A DNA stretch of 64,000 nucleotides from an uncultured Candidatus Bathyarchaeia archaeon (lineage in GTDB: Archaea > Thermoproteota > Bathyarchaeia > Bathyarchaeales > DTEX01), in contig CAYRBK010000001.1 in the NCBI GenBank assembly GCA_964422605.1, positions 34,025 through 98,024 on the forward strand. Direction: 5' to 3'. This document shows positions 1 to 9,630 of this stretch, in pieces (within the stretch, counting starts at the first letter, position 1; the number at the start of each line of letters is the position of its first letter). The notes beneath the pieces are model-generated. The model saw only the letters and a list, made by a program, of their open reading frames with translations. It was not told the origin of the DNA and searched no databases. Made by a program: the position numbers and the translations under genes.

Positions 1-266
1 CCTATCTTGGCTGCACGATCTCCCGTGCCGATGGTAACCTCCTTGATAGCTGGCGCCAGGAGCTCTTCCAGCCTTCTGCGAGCCTCCCTCTGCTCCTCCT
101 TCGAGAGCGGAGTGCACATCTCAATTGAAGCTTCTCGGTTTACCATCTTAACTGCGAAAGCCATGCAGTTTTCCTCTCGGCATTCTTTGCAGTTAGTTCT
201 GGGGAGTAACGTGTACACCTCGATCGGGCTTAGCTCCGTTACGCTCTTTCTTTTCTTCTCCGCCAT
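1..266 (-). CDS. cdhE: Acetyl-CoA decarbonylase/synthase gamma subunit (corrinoid Fe-S protein large subunit), N-terminal fragment running off the window edge
   Basis: Not in the ORF track because it is open at the window edge. Own translation from the ATG at 266-264 gives MAEKKRKSVTELSPIEVYTLLPRTNCKECREENCMAFAVKMVNREASIEMC... This carries the C-x2-C-x4-C-x16-C 4Fe-4S motif typical of CdhE/AcsC N-termini. It lies directly downstream of cdhD. Confidence 0.75.
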   Translation of the reverse strand, partial: MAEKKRKSVTELSPIEVYTLLPRTNCKECREENCMAFAVKMVNREASIEMCTPLSKEEQREARRRLEELLAPAIKEVTIGTGDRAAKI

Positions 267-280
267 CGAATCTATGCCCC

Positions 281-1504
281 TCAAATCTTCACGGTGACCC
301 AGTCGGCAATCCTGTCCGGGTTGCCCTTCCCCATGCTCGAGAACTGCTGAACAACCTTCTTGACCGTTCTGACCGCCGAAGGATGCATCATCATGAAAAG
401 ATCCACACCTGCAAGAAAGAGGCTGAGCGCAGTCACTGTTTCCCATATTGGACCCCTGAGTTCTCTGGGTTCCCATTCTGGACCCATGTTTAGCCAGGCC
501 TCTCTTGCAGCCCAAGCGTTCGTGGTCCCGGACAGGGTTGGATGCTGCAGCTCCCTGTCGCCCATGAGTGCAGCCAATCTTGCACGTTCATGAATACTGA
601 AAGAATACTCAAGCCCGTACCCCAACGCGGCCGTCGTTAGATCCATCAGTACCGAGTCGTCAGGCATGTAAAGGTAGAGCTTGCGGTTCAACTCCTTAGC
701 CCGGTTCAGGTCTAAGGCTGTAAAACCGAGTACCAGATGACCATGCTTCGCTACCGCATCCCCGACGCGTCCAAGGACTCCGACTTCGTCCATATCCAGT
801 GTGACGGAGCTGAGGAGAACCCTCTCGCCATGGGCAACCTCAGCCACTTCAGCGAAAACTTCAGTGTCCTTCCTCGGATCTCCGCAACCGCCCACTATGA
901 TAGGAACATCCACGGCCTCCAACACGTCTTCCACGGTCTTCGCCGCCTGTCTGGGCGGAGTGTTCTTGATGAGCGGGTCAGTGCTGAGCAGATGCACGGT
1001 TACTACATCTGCTCCAAACTTGTCAACTGCCATCTTGGCCCATGCTGCGGTGTCGCCCATAACTTCGCCAATGTGCGTCTTGATGGCTTTCGGCAAGGAC
1101 GGTGCCATGTCAAAAACGTCCAAGGCGACTGCAGGCGGATGAGGCGGAGCCTTCTCGAACAGGTAATATGAAGGGGAGCTTTCACCGCCGATGACTACGG
1201 TTCTTCCACGAGAGCCTCCTTCACTCTTCGTAGCCCCCAGTGTAACCTCTCTTACCCGTCCAGGATACTCCTCAACCATCGGGGAGAAAGGAGCCTCAAG
1301 GATTGCTACGGGCTTCTCGGGCTTTAGTGGCGCCATCTCAGGCTGAGGAATAGGGATTCCGGAAAGCGCGGGCACTGATATTTCCAGCTCGTCTACACTG
1401 ATCTCTACGTCCTCCAGCTCTATCTCGCCAAGTTTTGCCAAGACCTCCAGAATCTTGGGACCGATCTTGATTGTTCTTCTTTCCTCCTCCTTTCTCCCGG
1501 CCAT
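281..1504 (-). CDS. cdhD: Acetyl-CoA decarbonylase/synthase delta subunit (corrinoid Fe-S protein small subunit)
   Basis: 407-aa ORF whose TIM-barrel-like body reads VVTVHLLSTDP...PIIVGGCGDP, typical of CdhD/AcsD. It sits between cdhC and cdhE. Confidence 0.85.
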   Translation of the reverse strand: MAGRKEEERRTIKIGPKILEVLAKLGEIELEDVEISVDELEISVPALSGIPIPQPEMAPLKPEKPVAILEAPFSPMVEEYPGRVREVTLGATKSEGGSRGRTVVIGGESSPSYYLFEKAPPHPPAVALDVFDMAPSLPKAIKTHIGEVMGDTAAWAKMAVDKFGADVVTVHLLSTDPLIKNTPPRQAAKTVEDVLEAVDVPIIVGGCGDPRKDTEVFAEVAEVAHGERVLLSSVTLDMDEVGVLGRVGDAVAKHGHLVLGFTALDLNRAKELNRKLYLYMPDDSVLMDLTTAALGYGLEYSFSIHERARLAALMGDRELQHPTLSGTTNAWAAREAWLNMGPEWEPRELRGPIWETVTALSLFLAGVDLFMMMHPSAVRTVKKVVQQFSSMGKGNPDRIADWVTVKI

Positions 1505-1506
1505 GG

Positions 1507-2916
1507 CTATTTTTCACTCCTTACTATGCGAACCTTCTTTGCCACAATCTTGGCATCCTTAAAGATTATCTTGAACCCGCCTGCAATGGGAGCGGCTGCT
1601 ATGAGAGGCACTAGTGCTCGAGCCTCCGGTCCTGCTATCGCTTCTGCGGGGATTGCTTCCTTTTCCTTCAGCATCACCTCGACGGTCGGGGCTTTCCATC
1701 GCTCTACAACTGGGTGCCCCTTCTCTCTGAGGAAGGCTGCAAGTTTTTCGATGTTCGTCGCATCCTCCTCCGTAGCGATCTTGTCGACAAAATCCTTAGG
1801 TATGAAACCGCCCACCCTTTCTTTGGCGGTCTTAGGCATCCAGACAATCCGACTCCATCCCCCGTCAGCTTGCAGAAACTTGGGAGACCTCATATACTCG
1901 AAGGATATGCCGTGAAACCCATCCACCTGCCTGCCTCCTGCGGTGGAGTCGGCAATGGCTGAAAAAGTTAGACCGTTGACTGCTGTTTCCTTGAAGCCTC
2001 GGTGAACGATCCCAAAACCGTCCACCTCTGGTATGAAGAAGGCTGTCGCCTCAAAACAGCCGCACGAGGTATGTGGGTAACCGAAGCCGGTGTACAGCTG
2101 GACGCGTGTAATGGCTCCCATAGTGTTCTTCTTCAAGGACTCATTAGCGCCCGCGTATTCGCCTTTGACGGGATCGAGACATTCACCTTTAGGCATCTTC
2201 ACAATTGATCCCTTAGGATCGACCCTTGCGGCAGCTCTTCCATCAAACCAGCTGATGGCTCCACAGTTCGCATACCTCTGCGGCGTGATCACGCATGAGT
2301 GGGTGGGAGCGAAGGACTGGCAGAGGTTGCATGCATAGAATTCTTCCACATCTTCATCCCTCAGTCCTCTCGCCCTCGCGTCTCGTTCCTCGTAAACCTT
2401 CATCGCTGTCTCGTACATATCGTCAACTCTCTCTTTGTCAGTGATGAAGGTGATCTGAATCTTCTCTATGATCGGCAGCTCCGTCTTGTAAAGCCTGTAG
2501 AGAACCTTGCCTATCAGCGTGAAAGTGTTCAGTCCTTTCTTGTAGGATTTTCCGCTCAACCGCAGCCAGACATCGTAGCGCTGATTTACGTGCATGAGCC
2601 CCTCGATATAGTTGCAGTATTCGTGAATGCGGCGTTCGATGACGCCCTCAAGCTCTTCCTCCACCTCCCTCCCCGAAACTTCGATGAATATTCCGAGGGG
2701 ATAGCTTTGCTGCTTCATGTCCTTGATGTCAGGTCCGACAACCTTGATTTCCCCATCTTTGACCTCTTCTGGAGGTCTAGCCCTTACCAGCTCAAACTTG
2801 CGGTCAATCCTCGGCCCGCCAAGCTCCATATGCGCGTCAGCCCATCGAATGCGCTGCCCTTCGTAGATGACGCCGACATCAACGGGAATGTCCTCAAACA
2901 TGGACAAATCCTTCAC
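1507..2916 (-). CDS. cdhC: Acetyl-CoA decarbonylase/synthase beta subunit (acetyl-CoA synthase, A-cluster)
   Basis: 469-aa ORF with CNLCQSFAPTHSCVITP and HTSCGCFE cysteine motifs, characteristic of the ACS A-cluster domain. Confidence 0.92.
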   Translation of the reverse strand: MKDLSMFEDIPVDVGVIYEGQRIRWADAHMELGGPRIDRKFELVRARPPEEVKDGEIKVVGPDIKDMKQQSYPLGIFIEVSGREVEEELEGVIERRIHEYCNYIEGLMHVNQRYDVWLRLSGKSYKKGLNTFTLIGKVLYRLYKTELPIIEKIQITFITDKERVDDMYETAMKVYEERDARARGLRDEDVEEFYACNLCQSFAPTHSCVITPQRYANCGAISWFDGRAAARVDPKGSIVKMPKGECLDPVKGEYAGANESLKKNTMGAITRVQLYTGFGYPHTSCGCFEATAFFIPEVDGFGIVHRGFKETAVNGLTFSAIADSTAGGRQVDGFHGISFEYMRSPKFLQADGGWSRIVWMPKTAKERVGGFIPKDFVDKIATEEDATNIEKLAAFLREKGHPVVERWKAPTVEVMLKEKEAIPAEAIAGPEARALVPLIAAAPIAGGFKIIFKDAKIVAKKVRIVRSEK

Positions 2917-3455
2917 CGACCCTTTAACTGGTTCTCAACTGCATCAAGGTTCTTCTTCCACTCTTCAAGCCCCAAGTTCGGGAAAGACCATGAGGCATTG
3001 GGCTGGTAAAACCTGCCTAGACTCACTGTCTTAAGTTCCTGGGAGAAGTTCTTGAGACCGGAAAGCATCAGCCACTCCATGTAGTAGGGAAGCCCAGCAA
3101 ACAGGGCTAAGTCGTGTTGTCCCTTGCCGTCTACCCCTTTCCATTCAGGGTCTTGAAGCCGATTGGCTATATCCATAGCTGGCATAGAAGCTGCAGGCGT
3201 GAAGCCTCTTTCGGCGAATTCCTTCAAAATGTGTGCGGTAGTCACGATCGGCGTTTTTGAGCTATTTGCGAACCGGATTAAGTAATCGACCAGCCTTTCT
3301 TCTCCAATCTCGATCTCGGCTGCCTTATGCCCAACAATCAGAATTGGACGCTTCGCCTTCTTGACCATGGCGGCGACTATCTCGGGCTTACTGATGGGGA
3401 GCGCCTTCTTTGGACCCGGAATTTCGGCTGACTGCCAAGGCTCAGCCCGGTTCAT
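2913..3455 (-). CDS. cdhB: Acetyl-CoA decarbonylase/synthase epsilon subunit
   Basis: 180-aa ORF between cdhA and cdhC. The N-terminus EPWQSAEIPGPKKA...RPILIVG is typical of CdhB. A 4-nt overlap with cdhC suggests translational coupling. Confidence 0.85.
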   Translation of the reverse strand: MNRAEPWQSAEIPGPKKALPISKPEIVAAMVKKAKRPILIVGHKAAEIEIGEERLVDYLIRFANSSKTPIVTTAHILKEFAERGFTPAASMPAMDIANRLQDPEWKGVDGKGQHDLALFAGLPYYMEWLMLSGLKNFSQELKTVSLGRFYQPNASWSFPNLGLEEWKKNLDAVENQLKGR

Positions 3456-3456
3456 C

Positions 3457-5808
3457 TCACGTTTCCTCCTTCTTTCTTATCATTCTGGGCAGAAGGGTCG
3501 GGTCCGGCGTCTTCCCTTCTTTCCAGCCTTTCTCTTTCAGAACCGCCATGATCTCATCCCTCATAGTGATTGGAACATCTGCAGCGGTTCGGATGAAGAG
3601 GTGAAGATCATCCGGCATCGTGCCACATAGACGCTTGCTCAAGTCGACATAGTGAGTCAGCTTAACCGCACGTCCCTTCGCAGTGTCGTTGGGCCGCATA
3701 CAGAGTTTGGCAGTCATGACCATGGCTTCCTCCTTGGTCTCGGCTGCAAAGAACAGATGTTCCGGAGTGGGACCGGCATAGACGCGGTCTCCTGTGCGAG
3801 CGTCATAGACATACCAGTCCTCGTCAAGGTCCTTCCTGCCAAGAAGCACGCGTCGGTACTTGGAGCCATGGGGACCCACGATCACGGGAACTCCCAGCCT
3901 CCAGAAACCGCCTGCTATTGAGGCTGCCTTCTGGGACATAGCTCCCCAAGCGACCCCAACCGCCCCCACTCGGTTGTGAATGTAATCAGCAATCTCTTCA
4001 TAGTTTCCTAGCAGTTTCCGTTTGGCGAATATGCTGGCGATCTTTATCGCTGCACCAGCTATATGCGAGTTAGCGACGCATGAGCCTACGTTTACTATGC
4101 CCCCAGCGTCGAAGGCGCCCGAGTAAGCCTCATACGGGTTCTTCCCTTCTTGGTCCTTGTACATGGCAGCTGACATTGCCGAACATCCGGATGTGAGCAC
4201 GATGTAGCGGCGCTTGGCAAACTCGATAGCCATCTCTGCGACTTCCTCCCCGCCTTTAGGGTAGTTGGCGCATCCCACGAAGGCGATGACGCCCGGTATT
4301 TCACCCAGAACTATGGGGCCGCCGACGTTTCTTATCTCGACATCTTGTATTGCCCCTCTTCCCGCACGGATCAAGTAGGCCTCTTGCTTCATTTCTTTCT
4401 CAGCGGCCTTCGCGATGAAGCTATGAATAGCCAGATTTTCGGGACATGCGCTCTCGCAGCGGGCGCATCCGATGCAATCGTCATAGAGGTCTGCAAGTTT
4501 CCTCAGCTTCCCGTTTGCAGCCTCTATCACGGCTTCGAGGATGGGCAAGTCGTTGGGGCAAGCTCTCACACATTCGTAGCACTTTCTGCAGGTCTTTGCG
4601 TCTTCAATAATTCTTCTCGAGCTAGGGATAGCCTTAAGCTTCTTCCGTTTCGGAGCTATCAGAACAGCTGTTCTAGCAGCTACTTCGCCGACTTTCTCAG
4701 GCTCAAGAATAAGAGCGCCCGGAATCTTTCCACTGACAAGATCTGCCACGATGGCATCGGCTTGGTCATGGGTTCGGTTTGGCAAACCTAGGCAGTTTTT
4801 CGCGCTTGAGGCGATGAGGGGCGCCTTGATCTTTTTGGCCTCATCGAGGGAGTCGGCGCGTATGCATTGCTCATCGACAACTATAACGTCGGGGATGCCG
4901 CTCCTTAAGTAACGCAGCTGCCACGAGATGGGTCCGACAATCTTGGCCTTCGGCTCGTACCTTGTGATGTCATGAGCGGTGCAGCAAAGGCCTGTGACCT
5001 CAACCATGCCCTGCAATCCGTTGTGCTCAAGATAATCCGAGATCTCAACTGCGGGCAGAATGTTATGTCCAACGACCATGATGACTGGTTTCGAAGCGTC
5101 TATCGTGCCTAACCCTATGTTGACCAGGGGAGCCTCGGGATCAGCCTTTGGGAGGTTGAGGGCAGATATCTGGGCAATGTCAGCGACTTCCAAGGAAACC
5201 TGGTCTATCATGCCTGCATGGAAAACCTTGGATTCGAAGTCGAGGCTGCTTCCTTCCTGACCTGTGTGGGTTGCCGAGAGCAAATGGGTGACTTCGGTCT
5301 CGCAGTAATCTAGGACTTCCTCCAGATCCTCAAGAGTTCTTGGCTCGATTCCGCAGACTAGGCGGGTCACTGGAGCCTCAACCTGCACATTCAAGCCGCC
5401 CACATCTATTCTGCATTCCCGACCGGACTTCTCCATCAGATGTTCAACTAGGTGCCTTGCATGAGCAAGATGGGTTGCAGCGCCTATGCAACATGCCAGC
5501 AATACTATGCGCGATTGCTGCGCAGCCATGTCTAGACCGCAGGCTCCACGTTTGCCCTGTGACAAGTCGCATTTCCCGAAGGTGCATAGGCAACAGACGT
5601 CACAGAAAGGCATGTAGAAAGGTCTGTACTTCTGCAGAAGCTTGAAGTCCCATTCTCTTAGTTCAGTGGTGGATGGGAACGGTGTTGGACCCAATTCCTC
5701 GGCTGGGGCTGCCTCAACAATCCTGCCAACGGTGAGTTCAAAACCCTTCAATGTGCCGAGGTTGCTCTTCAACTCGTCGATCTTTATGTGCATTCCCTTT
5801 CTGGGCAC
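3457..5808 (-). CDS. cdhA: Acetyl-CoA decarbonylase/synthase alpha subunit (Ni-CO dehydrogenase)
   Basis: 783-aa ORF with N-terminal Cys clusters (CDVCCLCTFGKCDL) and an inserted 2x[4Fe-4S] ferredoxin motif (CRKCYECVRACPN / CIGCARCESACPE). The start is either GTG at 5808 or ATG at 5793. Confidence 0.9.
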   Translation of the reverse strand: MPRKGMHIKIDELKSNLGTLKGFELTVGRIVEAAPAEELGPTPFPSTTELREWDFKLLQKYRPFYMPFCDVCCLCTFGKCDLSQGKRGACGLDMAAQQSRIVLLACCIGAATHLAHARHLVEHLMEKSGRECRIDVGGLNVQVEAPVTRLVCGIEPRTLEDLEEVLDYCETEVTHLLSATHTGQEGSSLDFESKVFHAGMIDQVSLEVADIAQISALNLPKADPEAPLVNIGLGTIDASKPVIMVVGHNILPAVEISDYLEHNGLQGMVEVTGLCCTAHDITRYEPKAKIVGPISWQLRYLRSGIPDVIVVDEQCIRADSLDEAKKIKAPLIASSAKNCLGLPNRTHDQADAIVADLVSGKIPGALILEPEKVGEVAARTAVLIAPKRKKLKAIPSSRRIIEDAKTCRKCYECVRACPNDLPILEAVIEAANGKLRKLADLYDDCIGCARCESACPENLAIHSFIAKAAEKEMKQEAYLIRAGRGAIQDVEIRNVGGPIVLGEIPGVIAFVGCANYPKGGEEVAEMAIEFAKRRYIVLTSGCSAMSAAMYKDQEGKNPYEAYSGAFDAGGIVNVGSCVANSHIAGAAIKIASIFAKRKLLGNYEEIADYIHNRVGAVGVAWGAMSQKAASIAGGFWRLGVPVIVGPHGSKYRRVLLGRKDLDEDWYVYDARTGDRVYAGPTPEHLFFAAETKEEAMVMTAKLCMRPNDTAKGRAVKLTHYVDLSKRLCGTMPDDLHLFIRTAADVPITMRDEIMAVLKEKGWKEGKTPDPTLLPRMIRKKEET

Positions 5809-5941
5809 TTAGGCACACTGTCCTCTCACGTTAGCGGGCGTGTTAGCAGAAGATTCGGAATGTAGTATTTAATCCTATCTTCACTAGTTCTCCCAAGTCA
5901 TCAGTCGGCATAGCAGGTGGAAAGAAGGTCTCACTCACTGC

Positions 5942-6487
5942 TTATGGGCGTCGTAGATAGGTTCTACAAGCTGACAACATTACCCACGAAACGGCTGCTG
6001 TCGCTGATATGGACTCAGGAACCGAGATACCGGCCCTATAAAACCCCGCCCAATAGAGTAACCACGAACTGAGACCAATCGTTAAAGCCGTTATAGCTGC
6101 GAAAGATCTTTTCTCAACAGCATAGACCAATGTCGACACGCCAAGCGATATGAAGAACAGCACCGATACCGCCAGGTGAAGCGCGCCATAAACCTCATCG
6201 AAGACGGCCACTAGCTGAAGGAGAAAGGCTGAGATTGCCAAGCAGACACTCGTGTGTTTGGCGTGCGTTCTGAGCGCCGTAACCGCGTAGGCTACGGTGA
6301 GGAAACCGCAGGACGCAAGGCCGAGGTTGAAGTAGGGCGCAGACTCGCTTCGGAGAGCATGCCCAAGATCGCTCAAGGCGTTATCCCACCAACTGAACCA
6401 TGGCGCTTTGACTATGGAGATTCCGATGAAGACGTAAGCCAGCACCGGTCCGATCAGACCAAACAGGGCAAATCCCCTATTGTGCAT
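5942..6487 (-). CDS. DUF998-like integral membrane protein
   Basis: 181-aa ORF with about 6 predicted TM segments and a WWDNALSDLG motif resembling the DUF998 family. Confidence 0.55.
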   Translation of the reverse strand: MHNRGFALFGLIGPVLAYVFIGISIVKAPWFSWWDNALSDLGHALRSESAPYFNLGLASCGFLTVAYAVTALRTHAKHTSVCLAISAFLLQLVAVFDEVYGALHLAVSVLFFISLGVSTLVYAVEKRSFAAITALTIGLSSWLLYWAGFYRAGISVPESISATAAVSWVMLSACRTYLRRP

Positions 6488-6782
6488 GTCGGAATCCTCT
6501 GAAGGAACGATGAATACGGTAATACTTGTCTGCTACCAGTTTAAAAGTGTGGTCTCCCATTCGTCCCGCACCTGGAAAAGGATACCTCCAGAGGGCATGT
6601 CTGGGTTTCTTTGGTTAAGAAGACAGGAAGGATGAGCTATCTCCAGCAGAGGGCTCTGATTTGTGTGCTCAGTGGAAAAATGTTTTGTGGCGTAAAGAGT
6701 GTCCGTGACCATGACGGTTACGCATGTCGCGAAGCCTTGCATCTATCATTGCGGTCAGTTGGCGTGCGGCAAGGCTACCGGG

Positions 6783-7709
6783 CTAGGGAGTGTTCAGGAT
6801 TCGGGTGGTTATGGTTTCTGGTTTGAAGGGTTCGAGGTCTCCGTATCTCTGCCCAGTTCCGACATACAGTATCGGCTTCTTCGTCACATAGGTCACCGAT
6901 ATGGCTGCTCCTCCCTTTGCGTCTGCATCTATCTTGGTCAGGATGGAGCCGTCGATGCGAACGGATTTGCTGAACTCTTCGGCTTGGGAGACGGCGTCGT
7001 TTCCTGCCAAGGCGTCTCCGACAAAGATGACCATGTCGGGCTTGACCACGCGGACGACCTTCTCCATCTCCATTAGGAGGTTCCTATTTGTCTGCATACG
7101 ACCGGCGGTATCAATCAAGACAACGTTTATGCCTCGAGCCCTAGCATACTGTACAGCGTCAAAGGCTACGGCAGCTGCATCTGCGCCGTACTGGTGTTTG
7201 ATCATGTGGATGCCAAGACGCTTCGCATGGGTCTCGAGCTGCTCTATGGAACCTGCACGGAAAGTATCGCTTCCTGCTAGGACAACGGAGTATCTTTCCT
7301 TGAGAAGAAGTTGAGCAACCTTCGCTATGGTTGTGGTTTTACCGGTGCCGTTTATGCCGACGAAGACGATTGTGCAAGGCTCCTTCATCGTCCGTTTCTT
7401 ATCAACAAGCTCCATCAGGTCGATTCGATCAGGCGATTCTAAAGTCTCAAGCAGAACGGTTCGCAAGGTTTCCTTTATGAGCTGCCTGCGGTCTTCGAGT
7501 CTGCTCACTTTCAGCCCAGTAAGCCTTCTCTCAATCTCTCCACATATGTGCTCTGCGACAACGAGAGCTACGTCGTTCTCGACCAAGGTTAGCTTGAAAT
7601 CCCAGAGAACTGCACGGAGGTCTTCGCCCCCAAGCTCTGTCGTGGAGATTCTGTTGACTAGTCCTCTGACGCTTTCACGGAGCTTCTCGAACATTCCTGC
7701 TTCTCTCAC
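6783..7709 (-). CDS. ftsY: Signal recognition particle receptor FtsY
   Basis: SRP-GTPase motifs GINGTGKTTT, DTAGR and TKIDA. The likely true start is MFEKLRES at 7694. Confidence 0.92.
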   Translation of the reverse strand: MREAGMFEKLRESVRGLVNRISTTELGGEDLRAVLWDFKLTLVENDVALVVAEHICGEIERRLTGLKVSRLEDRRQLIKETLRTVLLETLESPDRIDLMELVDKKRTMKEPCTIVFVGINGTGKTTTIAKVAQLLLKERYSVVLAGSDTFRAGSIEQLETHAKRLGIHMIKHQYGADAAAVAFDAVQYARARGINVVLIDTAGRMQTNRNLLMEMEKVVRVVKPDMVIFVGDALAGNDAVSQAEEFSKSVRIDGSILTKIDADAKGGAAISVTYVTKKPILYVGTGQRYGDLEPFKPETITTRILNTP

Positions 7710-8208
7710 GCTTTCTGAGCTCAGCTGTCAACTCTTCCAGCTTCGCTTGGTCTTCCTGAATCCTCCTCAGAACCTGTGTGCGCTGCTGCTCTAGGGTCTG
7801 CGCCGTCTTCTCAAGTCCGGAGATACGGTTCGCGATGCCCTCTTTCGCTTCCTTCAAAGACTTTTCTATAGCCACCCCTGCGCCTACGCCGTACACTACC
7901 TTCTCCACATCACCTAGCTTCGCTTTGATGTAGGAGCCTCCCCCTATGGGAACGAAAACGGACGCTTCTGCTTCTTCCTTTTCAAGACCTTCTAGGGTTC
8001 TATCTGCTAGACTGAGCTCAGCGAAAGCTGCATTCAGAAAGTTGATCCTCGCCTGCAAGGATTCCGCTGTGCCCTCTAGGATTCTGAGCTCAACCACGAG
8101 TCTCCTGACCTCGTCATCTTGGGAAGTTCCGGTTTGGAGCTTCGTTGTATCTGCTTTGGTCCTAGGAGACCTCTGCCTGCTCATTAGCGACCTCCTCGAC
8201 GCCTTCAA
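7675..8208 (-). CDS. pfdA: Prefoldin alpha subunit
   Basis: Coiled-coil / beta-hairpin / coiled-coil pattern (VFVPIGGGSYIKAKL...). Conserved position between LX and FtsY. The N-terminal 30-40 aa of the longest ORF overlap rplX and are probably not translated. Confidence 0.8.
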   Translation of the reverse strand: MKASRRSLMSRQRSPRTKADTTKLQTGTSQDDEVRRLVVELRILEGTAESLQARINFLNAAFAELSLADRTLEGLEKEEAEASVFVPIGGGSYIKAKLGDVEKVVYGVGAGVAIEKSLKEAKEGIANRISGLEKTAQTLEQQRTQVLRRIQEDQAKLEELTAELRKRERSRNVREAP

Positions 8209-8371
8209 TCTTTATATAGAAGCGCTTTACCTTGTGTTTGCTCCCTATGGTCTTGTAGACCTCTTCGACGGCGTCCTCGGGCTTCAGGGCTCTAACCTCC
8301 TTTCGGAAGCTTGTCCGGAAGTTTGGCTTCGTAATCCTGCCTATCACCTGGTAAACCTTTACCTTGCTCAT
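8162..8371 (-). CDS. rplX: Ribosomal protein LX (L18Ae/eL20 family)
   Basis: 69-aa sequence MSKVKVYQVIGRI...KHKVKRFYIKIEGVEEV is typical of LX. Conserved synteny with aIF6 and pfdA. Confidence 0.85.
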   Translation of the reverse strand: MSKVKVYQVIGRITKPNFRTSFRKEVRALKPEDAVEEVYKTIGSKHKVKRFYIKIEGVEEVANEQAEVS

Positions 8372-8372
8372 C

Positions 8373-9044
8373 TTAATCAGTCACACCTAGAGCTTCCTCT
8401 ATCATGAATAGCTCCGGCCCCGTTGTAAGAGACCCAGCCACGGCGACGTTGCTGTTCCCTATAAGCCCAGTGGCTATATAAGGTATTCCGCAGTTGATTG
8501 TGCCTACTCCGACGGGAACCTTCAGTACATCCTTCAGGAGAGCCTGCTCTTCAGGCTTAATCATTGGATGGGACATTGCACCCTTGTTGGTCGCTGTAGC
8601 CAGAGAACCCACATAGGGTAATCCGCCAATCTCGCCCGAACTGACTTCGACCCCCAAAGTGTCAGACACCATCTTCATATCCTCCTTCCCAAGTCTGGGG
8701 TCAACGATAGCGCCATGATCATTGGTCAAAATGAGGTTCCCATACGCGGTTCTTTTGGTCTCAGCTATGGCTATGTTAACGTCCGAGAGAGACTTGAGGG
8801 CAGTGATCTCCTCGTCCCGTACGTGGTGAGGAAGAATTACCCCATTGGAATTTGCACAGGCAAGACAACCCACGAGAACGGAGCCGCTGATATTAGCCCT
8901 TATGCCTTGTATCTTGAACCAGCCTTCCAGTTTCCTGAGTTTGGTTTCAGCGATTTGAGGGGGTGCTATTATGAATTTGTCTGTAACCTTGAGGAAGACG
9001 CCTATGCTTGCGCTGCCAAAGGTGTCCATGAGAAAAATCGGCAA
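8373..9044 (-). CDS. eif6: Translation initiation factor 6 (aIF6)
   Basis: 223-aa ORF with five-fold pseudo-repeat sequence (SIGVFL..., NSNGVILPH, NDHGAIV, TNKGAMSHP, GNSNVAVAG). Confidence 0.9.
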   Translation of the reverse strand: MPIFLMDTFGSASIGVFLKVTDKFIIAPPQIAETKLRKLEGWFKIQGIRANISGSVLVGCLACANSNGVILPHHVRDEEITALKSLSDVNIAIAETKRTAYGNLILTNDHGAIVDPRLGKEDMKMVSDTLGVEVSSGEIGGLPYVGSLATATNKGAMSHPMIKPEEQALLKDVLKVPVGVGTINCGIPYIATGLIGNSNVAVAGSLTTGPELFMIEEALGVTD

Positions 9045-9047
9045 ATG

Positions 9048-9476
9048 TCAGTCTCCTTCTGCAAGGTGAACAGTCACAACGCCTTCCGCGTCCTTCGTCA
9101 CCCGCACCCTGATCTTACGAGGCGGCTTCTCAATACCCCTACCCCAGATCTTCTCATTCACCTCGTTGGATATTCTTACCGAATCCTCTTCAGCCTTCAT
9201 ATGCCTCTCTATGAAACCTCTCAGCATACGTATAGCCTTTGGGCTATGCTTCTTGCGTGGAACAATGCGAGCTCTACCGAGCGGAACCGTGTATATGCGC
9301 TCCTCAACTACTTCCTCTTCTTCCGTCTTCTTTTCCGGCGCGGGCTTCTCCTCTTTCGCTTCTTCAGCCTTTTCTGCTTCTCCGGGGGACTCGCTTGGCT
9401 CCTCTACACCTTTGTCTTCTTCTCGGGCTTTCTTTGTCTCCTTGTTCTCTTCAGCTCCCATCGTCACGTCCCTCAT
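9048..9476 (-). CDS. rpl31e: Ribosomal protein L31e with a ~55-aa Glu/Lys-rich N-terminal extension
   Basis: The C-terminal ~85 aa ([11 protein letters not shown]...[17 protein letters not shown]) is canonical L31e. The start ATG overlaps the L39e stop as ATGA. Confidence 0.88.
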   Translation of the reverse strand: MRDVTMGAEENKETKKAREEDKGVEEPSESPGEAEKAEEAKEEKPAPEKKTEEEEVVEERIYTVPLGRARIVPRKKHSPKAIRMLRGFIERHMKAEEDSVRISNEVNEKIWGRGIEKPPRKIRVRVTKDAEGVVTVHLAEGD

Positions 9477-9628
9477 GCCCTTATCTTGGTTCGACGCCAG
9501 TGCCTTCTCCTAGGGTTGGTTCTCACCTTGCCTCTGGTCCTAGCGATAACCCATGCGGGTACAGCCTTACTCTCTCTTCCAGCTTTTATGAGCCTGCGCT
9601 TCTTCGCCGCAGGCTTATGCCTTGCCAC
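9473..9628 (-). CDS. rpl39e: Ribosomal protein L39e
   Basis: Absent from the ORF track (<60 aa). Own translation from the GTG at 9628 gives (M)[50 protein letters not shown], 51 aa. It occupies the expected slot upstream of L31e. Confidence 0.85.
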   Translation of the reverse strand: MARHKPAAKKRRLIKAGRESKAVPAWVIARTRGKVRTNPRRRHWRRTKIRA

Positions 9629-9630
9629 CC

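Noticed and set aside
2299-3009. 236-aa plus-strand ORF inside cdhC/cdhB, along with many other 60-150-aa ORFs antisense to conserved genes throughout the track
   Set aside because: All of them overlap strongly supported genes on the opposite strand and show no recognisable motifs. They are artefacts of the GC content and the permissive ATG/GTG/TTG start rule.
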